Shown in pieces: positions 23,511 through 35,900 of a stretch of DNA of 59,253 nt. Both the position numbers and the translations under genes were made by a program. The stretch's first letter is position 1, and the number at the start of each line of letters is the position of its first letter. The notes below the pieces were generated by a model that saw only the letters and a program-made list of their open reading frames with translations, did no database searches and was not told the origin of the DNA. Source of the stretch: Nemertoderma westbladi. Its lineage: Eukaryota > Animalia > Xenacoelomorpha. Location: contig JAUCBJ010005025.1 in assembly GCA_032718475.1 (NCBI GenBank), positions 1 through 59,253 of the forward strand, in the 5' to 3' direction.

Positions 23511-26500
23511 ATGTCTGACACTCAGCAAAACCTGTCAGACAGTCTGATCGATACAACTATCTGTGACTCAGATAGGAGTGTGGAGCGATTAAGAAAGGAG
23601 TTCAGCTCACCTCCTACTGCAAAAAAGGTCATCCCTCCAGTAGTATCAGACCCTAGGCTAATCCACCATAGGTCCATCATAGGCACTCGGGCACAGGTCA
23701 AACGGAACCAAGAGGCAGTTGTCCCATCGCAGCAACATCTTGGTCAAGAACCTACTTCCCAGCGACCCGATAGCTCTAGCAGTTCGGATACTGTAGAGCT
23801 GACCCCCGAACGCGGAGGGCAGATGGCTGTTACAGTCTACTCGGACCCCCTTCTTACCCTTCCTGCTGCAGTGCTAACTACTATATTCATTGCGGTGGAG
23901 GAACATCAAGCCGACTGGGCGAGGAATAAGCGAGCGACCCGAGATAATTATGCGGGATACGCCAGGGAAGAATTAATGTCTATTGTCGAGTCACAATGGA
24001 ACTTTCCCGGACTCGGACTCCCGTTGGACCTGTCCGAGGCTACTTGGGAAGATATACACAGGATGGGAGTGGCACAAGATACAATGGATCCAGCTGTTTG
24101 GAAGAGGTCGGCATCAGGATATGTGCAGGGATTCTTCGGCTCCTTGGAGCGATTGGAAGAACAACTGTTTCGACAACCTCAAGGACCTCAAGAGCAGGAA
24201 GAGCTGCTATACCAAATACGCGAAAGAACCCTACGCATACGACTAATCCTCTCAGCCTTTGAGGAAACTTCCAAAAGAAGACAAGACACGTCGCTGCAGG
24301 TTGCTGTCAAAACTTGGTTACATAGGGTAGATCTCAAAGTACAGGAAACGGCCCAGTGGAAATCCCAGCTAGCTGAGAGATCAACCTATGAAGAACCAAC
24401 TGATGTCACCCTTTCTCAAGCGGAAAGCAAAGAGACCGCCGAGAAACCGCGAACTAGAGACGCTATCGACATTTATTTGTCCGACTATCAGCGATTCCTA
24501 GGAGACGAAGAGTTGAGGAGACGGCTGTCTGGGCTTTCCCCTAATAGTGAAGGAACCAAGCTTGTGTTGGACTCAATCGATGCCGAAATGTTAGCTGCAA
24601 ACCAAGCTGAATGTGATGAACAACTCCGCCTCACTAGAGTCCGAGAAGATCAAGTAAAGAAAGAACGGATAGAGAAAACGGAAGGTAGCAGCAGCAGCGG
24701 CGGCGGAAGCAGAAGCAGAAAGAAAAGAAGCAGAAGCCGAAAGAAAAGCAAAAGCGGCAGAGGCAGAAGCCGAAAGAAAAGCAAAAGCGGCAGAAGCAGA
24801 AGCCGAAAGAAAAGCAAAAGCGGCAGAAGTAGAAGCAGAAAGAAAAGCGGCGGAAGCCGAAAGAAAAGCAACAGTGGCAGAAGCAGAACGGAGAGCGTCT
24901 GAGGAGACTATCCAACTAGAGTTGGAAAATCTGCAAGAGGCGCAAGATAGCATAAATAAACAGTTTACTGCTAATCAAATGCAGATGATGAGAAAATCTA
25001 CTCCCAAGCGCCAGGGATACACGTCCTCGGAGGAAGGCGAGACTACCGATCCTGAAGGCGGAGGAAATAGATCTCATCTAAGTAGGCGTAGAAAAACATC
25101 TTACCGTCGCAAATTGCCTGATTTGCCCCCAGCTGTTAGAAGACAGCTAGCTAGCACAGACTTGAGTAGTATAGAACCTACAGCCCAAAGTATTAAGGTC
25201 TAAAGACTCTCTACAATAGTTGATGAGCCTGAGATAATTAGGCCTGTCGTTCCCAAAGTCACTTCTGTGTTAGAGACCCCTGTACTTCCAGAGCTTAACT
25301 CTAAATTCCCTTTACATAGTACTACATTGCCTGTACCCGGTGGAGCAGTCCAAGAAAATATCCCTGTCCAGATAGCAGAGAGAGAAATCAAAAATTTGTC
25401 TCCCGTCGTCCCGCGTCAGCCCGCTACTATGTTGGCGACTCCCGCTTCGGCGGTTGAGTGGGTGGAAGAGGGACGGCGGGGGATGAATCTCCTGCTAGGA
25501 CAGATGCAGGAGACTGTCCACCAACTTAAGGGAACAGTGAGGGAAGGTAGAGCAGAGTTGCAAGAAGTGCAGCAAAGTATCGCACTAGAACGCGACAAAT
25601 TAGTCAATATCCAAAAGGGCATACCAATACCCCCTGTAACATTGTGTCAACCTGTTAGGTCTGAAGTATTACATGCGCAAGGTGTGGAGCCTACACGCAT
25701 CTATACTGCTAGTGAAGTTGAAACTCCTATAGCAAACCCTATTAAGGGTGATTATAGACCTGTTATTAATGATATTCCCTATAGACCTGATAATGATCCG
25801 AGAAATTTATATACCGATAATTCGATATTAAATAACACGATGGCCCAAGAAAGCTTTACGCGTCAGATGGCTAGAACAGAAGCCCGCCAAGCGGTCAAAG
25901 TGGGAGAGATCGTCAAATTCAATGGAGATGAGATGAAATGGTTACCTTTCAACGAATATTACAAAGATAGCATACAGAACTCTGTACTATCTAACGGAGA
26001 GAAACTTAGATTCCTCATCAAGTGCTTGGAAGGACCTCCCAAGTTAATGGCGTTAAAGTTTATTGGACATCCAGATGGGTTAAGACAAGTTTGGGATACA
26101 TTAAACATCAGGTATGGTAACAAGGATAACATAGCTAAGTATTTGTATGCAAAATTAGTAGTCCCCCGACACTTCCTTAGTAGCGGGATTATAGAGTTTT
26201 CCGATGAGATTCAAGAGATCTGTAGACAACTGGACTGGTTAGGTAAGTCGCATGATTATCAGAGTTCCATGGTTATTGGAGCCGTAGTCTCTACTTTACC
26301 AAAGGGTGGAGTATGTACACGCTGGGACAAGAAAGTGTTGTACATGAATGAACAACAACGACGAAGCCCTACCATGGCTGATCTCATGTCCTTCTTAGAT
26401 AGTGAAGTAAAATTACAACTCATAAGGCAGTCCAGAGAGAAAACATCGGAAAATAAGGTAAGTGAGAAACCCGTTTCTAGGAGAAGGATAATACCAGTGT

Positions 26501-28182
26501 GTTATACTGACGATGGCGAAAGCCAAGCTTCTCAAGAAGAGGACAGCGGGAAAGACACAGCAAAATCTTACTATGACAACAAGACCTATAAAGACGTAAG
26601 TAAATACAAGTCTCGAACCAGTGACAGGAGAGAACAGGTAACAACAACTCCTCCTACGTCTCCTAAGAGAATTCACGGAAGAAAGCCCGAAGAAAGAACG
26701 AGAGTGCAGAACGTTAACCAAGTTAAGGTGAGTAACATCAAACCAAAATGTGCGCTGTGCGACGGGCCCCACCGTTTGAGTGCGTGTGCTGAATTTCTAA
26801 AGAAATCCCCTGTAGACAGACGTACAGTCCTGTGGAGTAAGCGGTTATGCTATAATTGCCTCAGATCAGGACACCAACGGCGAACCTGTTACTCCGACGT
26901 AAAGTGTGCAAAGTGTGGCGCGAAACATCACATCTTGTTACACAGTGAGTTCGAACGAGACAACCAGAGTCAGGTAAGTGAGCCCAAATCACATGTCCAA
27001 TTCAGTGATGTGAACGACACTGACCAAAGTTCTGAGTGGGAAGGATTCTATACGGACGAATTCTCCGACGCCAATGAATCCTGTTATCTAATAAATACCG
27101 CAGTGTATCGAGCACTTACTTACGAAAAGGACATCAACGATGAGTTTCCCCCAACTACTTTCGCCAAACAACCATCTTGGAAAGCTCCAACTTCCAACGT
27201 AGGAATCAGAGAATTTCCTGTAGTGCAGGTAAGAGTTCACGGTCTTAACAAAAGTTACATAGTGAACGCCCTCCTTGACTCCGGCAGCACAGGAACATTC
27301 ATCGATCAAGAACTAGCCGAAGATATCTTTGCTGGACAACCCAAGTTCCGGACTAAATTGAATATGTCAGGAATTATGCAGGTTTGGAAATCTACCCTAA
27401 CGGCAGATTACTATGTAGGTGTGTTGTCCACCCCCCAGGATAAATTAGGAGCACAAGGTATAAGGTCGGTAAAAATGGTGGCTATAAAGAACTTCGCTAC
27501 TACCCAAGCAGACCTTTATAATTGGGACGAGGATGAGAGCATCCAACATCTTAAGATACCTCGATTCCAGACAGATTATCCTGGAGTGCAAATACTTATC
27601 GGCCAAAACGCGCACGAGGCGCTCGAAACATTAGAGAAACGGCCTGCTCAACCACAACCACTGCAAACCTATGCGGTAAGAACTAGAGTAGGTTGGTACT
27701 TTACTGGCCCTTCCCGTAGAACTCTCGAAGAGAGAATGCCACACGAACAAATACATCAAGTAAATGATTGGGAAGTGGAAAGCAGTGAGGTGGACGAACT
27801 AACTGAGGGAACACCATACTCCTCAGATAATGACGATATTAACTCCAATGTAGATCAACGGAGACATTGCCTTGGGACGATTAATTCAGCCGACATCGAT
27901 TCCAGAGGAGCAACTCCTCAAGAACTGATAGATACTCCAGGCTGGTTAGGTGGATCCGACTTCTTAAGTAAAGAAGAAGATGAATGGCCTCCTCATCTTA
28001 CCACGGCGGAGAGTAGACAGGCCAAGGGAGCGGAGAAAGTAACACGACAACCCAATCACCCAGCTGGTCGTTTATGTTTACTGGAAAGAAACCGAAAACT
28101 GTCCGGAAACTATGGAAGGCAAGATACTCTTCCTATGACCACTTCCCTAATCCGACAAATATCTAGGGACTCCATAACGTAA
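23511..28182 (+). pseudogene. gag: BEL/Pao Gag-protease polyprotein with one frameshift and one in-frame stop, fused to an RNase H C-terminal remnant
   Basis: An extra A at ~24675-24678 shifts an AEAERKAKA coiled-coil into a Ser/Arg/Lys frame. TAA at 25201-25203 is in frame with 25267-28182. Motifs: KFNGDEMKWLPF..LSNGEKLRFLIKCLEG (Pao Gag), three Cys/His knuckles (~26749-26945), ALLDSGS (Asp at 27277), RHCLGTINSADIDSRG..WLGGSDFL..WP (~27859-27990). Confidence 0.9.
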
Positions 28183-29800
28183 TAACATATGGAGTGGGCG
28201 TGTGACTATATCATTTTATATTTGTTTTTATTTTATATTTATGTATGTATTATTATGTAATTTTATTATAATCGTTTTCTTTAATTTTATTTAGTAGAAT
28301 GTTATTTTAGAATATTTAGTAAATTAGTGCAATATATTAGTGTTTATTACGTATTTAATTACTTACAATATATTTAGTGCGACGGCAAGAAATAATTATT
28401 TTTCTCTTTCCTTACTGTCCGTATTATATTATAAATGCGAGACTACAGTAAGATGAAATGTCAGTACTTCTTAAAGTACAATAAAGCCACTACTATATTT
28501 AAGTATTATTGGTAGGCAGAGTATTAGGAATGCAAAGTTCAGATCCTCGTGTCTCGGCTAAACCAAGCTCTGGGTAGACCTTGGAAACGACTTGCCTCTT
28601 CACACTGACATTGCTTCGTGCGATATTGCTCTTCTACCTTATAACAAATAATACATATAGTAGCGTGATGTCCCTTTAACAGTAGCGTAAATCGCAAATA
28701 AATCTGTTAAATTTTTTGACCATCTGTAATTCTAGTCGATTAAGATATCGTGGCACCCACCGATATACTTGAAAGACAAATTCTAGAATCAGTGGTTAAC
28801 GTCCCCAGACAAGTTCTGGAATAAATCGGTGCCCATCCTAAATATTAATTTAATATTTATTAAAATCTGTAAATCCCGATCCTTTAAAATTTCTAGTCAA
28901 TTAAGATATCGCAGTATTTACCGATATTCTTAGAAGGACTATTTTATAGAATTAAGGATCCTAAGTCCCCAGATATGCTCTGGAATAAAATTTGTGTCAA
29001 TTAAACATCAAATAATAAAATTCACGGGAATAAATTTAAATTCATATTCAAATGAATTTCATAAATTGTCATTTTGTGCAATTTATAACATTCCCAAAAT
29101 TCCAGTAATTAATAGATCATGGGAGCGGAGATTCATATTGAGTGTACTAGAGTGCGAGAATCTCCAACATATAGTCAATAGCCGATAAAATTTATAAAAT
29201 CATGCATAAAGAGGATATTGACAATTAAAGAATTACTATTAAATAACATCCCAGATCTGTATGCATGAGAATTACCCTAATTCTACCGCTAGTTTTCCAT
29301 AATGTCACCATGGCAACACCCACTCTAGAATTAGAAGCAAGTTAAAGGAACAATAAAAGGCTTGCCCCATTGCGTAGCCTAAGAGGATACATAGCGCACT
29401 ATTAGTATCCAAGGATACATAGTAATAACGTGACATTCTGGAAGACACTGACTAACGGACAAATGGCCTGCATGTGTGCAGTAAGTAATGATTGTATGGA
29501 ATTTGTGCGTTTATAGGTGAATGTTACTACTAAAGTGTGTTTACAGTAGTTAATCGCAATTGTAAAGTAGCCCTAACTCTACCGAGATAACCTCAAGTGA
29601 TTCAAGCCTTTGGGACGGACAGTGGTGGGACTTGTGCCGGTTATCGTTGTCGTGCTGTTGCTACATGTTGGCGTAAACACCGCGACAACGGTACATCGGC
29701 GCTGAGAAACCCACTGTCCGGGGGCAAAGACTAGTAGGCAGCGACGCCCACTTGCCTAAATATTGACTCATACTAATATTAATAAACTCAGATAGCAGAT

Positions 29801-31249
29801 ATGACGGAATTAATAGAAGATGATCTTGGTATCAGGGAACGATATACTCTACCTTTACAAGCATTTGTGGATAGCTTGATACGCGGTGAAGCCAATCCAA
29901 CCATTACGGAGGACGATGGTCGTTATATCGAACCGCCGATGTCCCAAGAGCAACTTACGCGTGAATTGGACTATCGAAAATTAACCGCTCGCTATACGCA
30001 TCGTAATGGTACGTATATGGACTTCCTAACTACCGGCCATCCTATCGATTTACATGATACGGACGATGTATACACCGAAAGGGAAATGGTTCTATTTAAA
30101 TATCATACCCAGCGGAGTCGTAACGATAAACCGAGAATAGATCACGAAAATTATATTCGTAACAGACTGGGAAGACGAACCAATATGCCTAGAATCTGAG
30201 GAGATTCAGCCTATCGCGCCCGGAACAGCGACAACGATTACATCCTAGAATGGTATCAAGGTCCACAGTGTCTCACTGCGTACGATTATCGCCATGCCAA
30301 CTATGTTTCTCGGCAACGTTGTCGGTTATGCGCATCGAGAGACCATGTTACGCCCATGGACACAAACGTCCGCTGTTCCTATTTCCACGAACAACCGGCG
30401 ATGGAAATTTATTGCGCGTATTGCAGATTTAATAATTTGCATATTTTTGCGGTTTGCCCTCAATTTATGACTCAATGTCACCATTGTCAACTAAAGGGAC
30501 ACGCCAGTTTCGATTGCCCTTTTAATCGCGATTTGGAAAGCGTAGATGAAATGATCACACTACGTTACATTAGAGCTTGGGAAGCGAACGCTGATTTACA
30601 TTGTGATTCGCGCCATCGTTATTATCCTGGACGCGCTTACGAAGGAGTTTATGCGTTCCATCCTTATCTATTCGCTTCTGTCGAACAGAAATCACGCATA
30701 TCAAGTTATGAACTACTGAAGCGCGTTGGAGAATGTATTTCAACCAAATATGTACGCAAATTTCTCAGGAGCATTAATCCGAGTGACATCCATTCTTACA
30801 ACTTAATAAACTTTATCCGTCAAGACCCTGCCTATGGAGACTTATTTGTCAACTCACACCCTGAGTTACAAGAAGTATATCGACAGCCTTACGAGTACCG
30901 AGCCCGCGAACGCGAGTTGGAAAGAACCATTAAACCAAGGAAGTTTCTAACTACCTATGGTCCACCCACGGCCCTCGTGCAGACCACTCGTACAGGACCC
31001 GTAAGAGCGGCTGTCTTGAAACGAGCTCTCAAAGCCGTTAGACCCCTCTCCCCGGACGTTGATGTCAATCAACCCGGTACTTCGACCGGCGGATATACCG
31101 ATCGTAATCCCATACCTTCTGATGCAATCATATTGCACCCTTCACCCAGGAGTTATAGCCCTCCTCGTAAAGTGGCTCGCCCCAAAGAGAAAAGGACTCT
31201 TGCTAGCTTTAAAAAACTGCGTAAACGCCGTCCGCGCAAGAAAGACTAA
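29801..31249 (+). CDS. Extra 3' ORF with three CCHC zinc knuckles and a basic C-terminus (one in-frame TGA at 30197-30199)
   Basis: ORFs 29801-30199 and 30356-31249 share a frame and the interval between them is open (GDSAYRARNSDNDYILEWYQGPQCLTAYDYRHANYVSRQRCRLCASRDHVTP). Knuckles: CRLCASRDH..C, CAYCRFNNLHIFAVC, CHHCQLKGHASFDC. Ends KKLRKRRPRKKD. Confidence 0.7.
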
Positions 31250-31319
31250 CTGTTTAGAGTATTTTTATATTTTAGAAACTGTGATTTTGTATATTTTATA
31301 GACTTAAATCCCATTTTCT

Positions 31320-31327
31320 GGGAGCGG
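31320..31327 (+). other. Polypurine tract of the inner element
   Basis: GGGAGCGG immediately before the TG of the 3' LTR. Confidence 0.75.
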
Positions 31328-32530
31328 TGTAAAAGCTTTTGTGGGATAACTGATTCGTTTGCCTTGCTGGCCAGTTCCCCCCCGGTCGCTAGAATACTCT
31401 AAAAAGGATCTATAGGTAAAATAGTGCAAGCTACCAGCTTATTGGCTGATGGGCTGTACGAGAGTATCTGGGTTCTGTTCGATCGGCGGCCAACCAGCTT
31501 AGGGAGGTTGCCTTAGCCTTGCTGTCCGTATCGGCCAATAGAATTTGAGTGGGCGTTGATTTTGACCTATCCCAGAGCTACTGAACTGAATTTCCTATCT
31601 GTATGCTCATCCTCTGTGTTGGACGGGAGCTTCGGGGAATAAGGGTAGTTGGTATCCTCGTATAGTGATAGTAGTCATATGATTTTATATGATTCTGTTG
31701 TTGTGTTCCCATTTTCGCCATAACACCGGCTTTTTGGGAAGAACTCTAGTAAAACTGCTTAAATTATCGAAAGTATAAACTGTTATCCGATCAACTAATC
31801 AATCAATCTTATCTGATCTAATTAACTCACTATTAATCATATTGTTTGTACTGTTATTTACCGTCAGTTATTAATTGTATCTATTTGTTGATGGAAATAT
31901 TGCTCTTTGGAGAATACTGATAAATCACCCAAATTCCCAATTTTCTTGATACACTACAGGTTAGAGAGACAGGCTATATATAACAATTGCGATTTATATT
32001 AATGTGGTGTGTATTGAATCTAATGTTATTTAGCAGACCCTACATGAGTCAATTGCTGCTCTCTTTATGTGTGATCAAATTTACTGACGGTCGGCAGAAT
32101 AGTGTGCATGATTGTGATTGGTAACAAAGCATTTCCTAAAGAATGCGCCTTATACTTTAATCATAAGCAGTATCGTTGCGTTTAGTATAAGTCCTAGTTC
32201 TGTTTAAATAGATAGAACGCCACGTCCTAAAGGAACTGTTAATATTTCCCGAAAGCCAATAATATCTGTCAGAAATTAATTATTAGTGATCAATCGAATA
32301 ATACAGTAGGTTTACACTGCAACCTTACACTGCAATAATAAAATTTAAGCAGCCGAATTCAGCCTCCCGGGTGTAGATCCATCGGGTGAATGATCGCGCA
32401 TGGGCTGGCTTCGGGTAATGTTTTGTTTATTAGCATAAAATATTGTCGTATGCTAAAGGTGTTTTAATTAACTAAAAGACATATAAATTTTGGCAGGTTA
32501 AACTGCTAAAGGTCTTCAAAAGCGCGAACA
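31328..32530 (+). repeat. 3' LTR (1203 bp)
   Basis: Same length as the 5' LTR, with no difference seen in spot checks. Followed by the ACAGG duplication. Confidence 0.97.
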
Positions 32531-32968
32531 ACAGGTTTGATAATCGAATATCACACATCACTGCAAACTACTGAGTGGGGTCCATGTACGCCTCTGGTGC
32601 TACTAACCTTTAGCACCTTAGTTGCACTGTTGGCACCAATCTGTGGAAGTTGCTAAACTCAATTTACACTCCTACGTAATATAGCCGTCACCATGGTTTC
32701 TAAATGCTATTTTCCAGGCTTCACGACTTTTCAAATTACTGTTTATCTATAGACGAATTCTAAAACGCGTCTATACACAGCGTCTGGAATTGTCTTGAGT
32801 TCACTTTTCTAATTTTAACATTTTTTAATTTTCCAAAATATTTTTGAAATAAAATTTTGTTTTGATACCCACCAGACAAAACTCAACGCAAATCACCACA
32901 ACCCCGCTCCTATGCATTTCCTTGTATTTGCATACGAGGAATGCATACGAAGTGAGTTGTGTCTAACA

Positions 32969-35900
32969 CTAATTCTGTTTTGAGGCAGGAGACAAATTAT
33001 AATCTCCCGTCTCGATGCGTGTCTCCTCTAATAACACGATATCCTGGACCAGTCGGTCCAAGGTGTGTAAACCATTAGTTTTACACTTCTTTGGGTGCGG
33101 ACACTTGCACCTAATTTTCACAGTGACTGTGCGCACTATGTTTTGCACGTCTGGGTGTGTGTGCAAGATGACTCCAGTCTCCCAATATTTTCTCTTGACA
33201 ATGGGCTCGGTTATCAATACGTAATCTCCCCTTTGGAGACTCCGAACCGTTTTGTACCACTTTGTTCTGGTGGATATGGTGGGAAGATAATATTCCCGCC
33301 AATATTCCCAGAATGTGTACGCAATAAACTGTGTCATTTTCCAGCTCTTACGACTATATAGGTCGGCACTAATGGGTTCTGATGCCGGCACAAGAAATGC
33401 TGGACTCTGCATTAGCAAATGATTCGGCGTTAATGCAACGCCGTCTGGCAACATAGCTATCGGCCTCGAGTTTAATGTATGCTCGATTTCGATGAAAGCT
33501 GTGACCAGTTCGTCGTCGGTAAGTTGTTTGTTTACAGGCAATGTTTTGGCAATGGCCTGTTTTACAGAGCGAACTAAACGCTGCCAACTTCCTCCTCTCC
33601 AAGGACTTTCTGGAGTATTAAATCTCCACTCTACTCTTTGCGGCAAAAGTGCTGCAGAAATTTCCTTATTCTGTGCCGCTTTATGAGCCGCGTTTAACTC
33701 GCTATTCCCTCCGACAAAGTTTGTACCCTTGTCAGAGTAAAACGCCTTTACTAGTCCTCTCCTGGCCATAAATCTCTTTAAGGCCAGGAGCAGAGATTTG
33801 GTCGACATGTCTGCCACACGCTCAATGTGTATGGCTCTACTAGCAATGCATGTCAGTAGCAGACCCCATCGCTTGTGGGTCAGCCGTCCACTCTTTGCTT
33901 CAATCGGACCAAAACAATGCACCCCTGTGTTCGTAAAAGGTGGGTCATATGCCTGCACTCTCGCTTCCGGGAGTTCAGCCATCTCCTGTTCTAATACTCT
34001 GGCGTTCACTCTCTTGCAAACCAGACAGGCGTCGTACATAGTGCCTACTGCCCTGCTTGGCTGCAATAGAATGAATCGCTGTCTCGCTGCCGACAAACAG
34101 TGTAACTTTCCCGCATGATGCAACCTCTTGTGTATATCCCATAGAATCGCTCTTTGCAATTCTATTGGGTGACTAGGGATTATCACTGGGAACCGAAACT
34201 GTGAGTTTATGTCGACAGTCTGGATTCTCGATCTATGACAAATTAAACCCTTATGGATTAATGGACTCCATTTTCTAAGGGGTTTATAGAGAACTGGTCG
34301 TTGAGCCGATAATAGATGGAATTCTTTAGGGAAGGCACACATTTGATAATGTTTCAAATGCTTTAATTCCGCTTGATCAATCTCATCCTCTGTCAGAGGT
34401 TGTTTCAATTTCCGAATTCGCTCACTATTAGTGCTCGTTCGTTCTCCCAAATGTTCCGAATGTTTTAAACAAATGTACGAAATGTATCGGCTTAACCACG
34501 CAGTTCTTTTACAAATTGTCAGCCAAGAGGCAGACGAATTTAGTAATTTGTCATAAATACTACATGGCTCTAATGCCAGCGACGGTTGTCCGCTAATTAA
34601 TGGAAGTTTCGAATCCAAACCCGCAGGTTTGGAAACCAAAGGCTCCATTTTGTCGGTCATTTTCTGTCCGTCACTTACCAATTGTGACTCTGGTTTAGTC
34701 TGTAAGGGTGGTTTTACGTCATAACTTACCCTTCCTGACCTAGTAGTCAAGTAAGTCTGTTGGTCTGACAGGTCTCCGGGCCGCTCCAATGACTCTTCAG
34801 GCCGCTCCAATGACTCTTCAGGCCGCTCCAATGACTTGAATTTGGCTTTAGACTTCGACTTAGAAACTTTCTCCACCTTGACTTCTGCATCTTCAGGCAT
34901 CGGATTGGTCACTATCTTTAGTCGCTCTGGCCAATGTTCCTGTGTCCTCGTTAGAAATTCAGGTCCATGCAACCAAAACTCCTGCGACTCTTCCTGACAG
35001 AATTCCGCCGGCATTGCACCTCTCGAAGTTATGTCGGCCGGGTTCAACACTCCCGGACAATGTCTCCATTGTTCCTTCGTCGAAAAGTCAACGATCTGAG
35101 CGCGTCTATTGGCCACAAATGTCTTTAGTGCAATATTGTCGGCCGCAATGTATACTAACACTAAGGATGCGTCCGTCCAATAGAATAAGGTCAATGTCGT
35201 GTCTAACTCCTCAATTATCTGCTTACTTACCTCGACTGAAACTACAGCCGCCTGTAACTCTGCACGAGGGACAGTCATGTATTTGACCGGCATTGTCTTT
35301 GATCTAGAAGTCACAAAGGCCGTCTCAAACTCGTCCTGACTTACCTCTCGGCGAAGGTAGGCTACCATACCAAAGCCGGTGTCACTTGCGTCACTAAATA
35401 GATGCAGTTCGAGATCAGCTGGGAATACCAGCTGATTCGGAAAGTAGGAACGGGGTACATCTATATTTTTCAATAGATGTAACTCGGCTTCCCACTCCCT
35501 CCACTGCTTTGCATGTATAGGAGATATTGGTTCGTCCCACTCTATGTCGGACAACCAAATTTTCCTCATGCACGCTCGTGCCTGTAATATAACCGGACTG
35601 ATAAAGTTCATCGGGTCAAATAGTCTACTTAGAGTCGATAAGCAAATTCTCTTTGTCAAAACTTTGTCTGGGCTACTGGGCTCAAATCTAACTCTTACCT
35701 GGAACTTATCCGTATTTGGATTCCAAGCGAGTCCCAGTACTCGCGCCATGGGGATTGGTTCTACCCCCAATTCTATGTCTCCGCTCCCGCGATCTTTCAC
35801 CGGGAACGACTCTAATAGGGCCTCCGAGTTCGTAGTGAACTTGGTTAGAGGAAAACCCCCTGTAGCCAAGCACTCCTGTAGGCCGTGAGCCACTTCTATG

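Larger units (their letters stand above)
20066..32530 (+). mobile_element. Inner non-autonomous BEL/Pao LTR retrotransposon with both LTRs and 5-bp TSD
   Basis: TG...CA LTRs of 1203 bp each. ACAGG at 20061-20065 and 32531-32535. Pao-type Gag, CCHC cluster and ALLDSGS protease. No RT or integrase. Confidence 0.95.

Noticed and set aside
24680-24902. SR/RS-like domain (SRSRKKSKSGRSRSR) at the end of ORF 23511-24902
   Set aside because: Out-of-frame reading of the AEAERKAKA coiled-coil after a 1-bp insertion. The antisense ORFs here are shadows of the same repeat.
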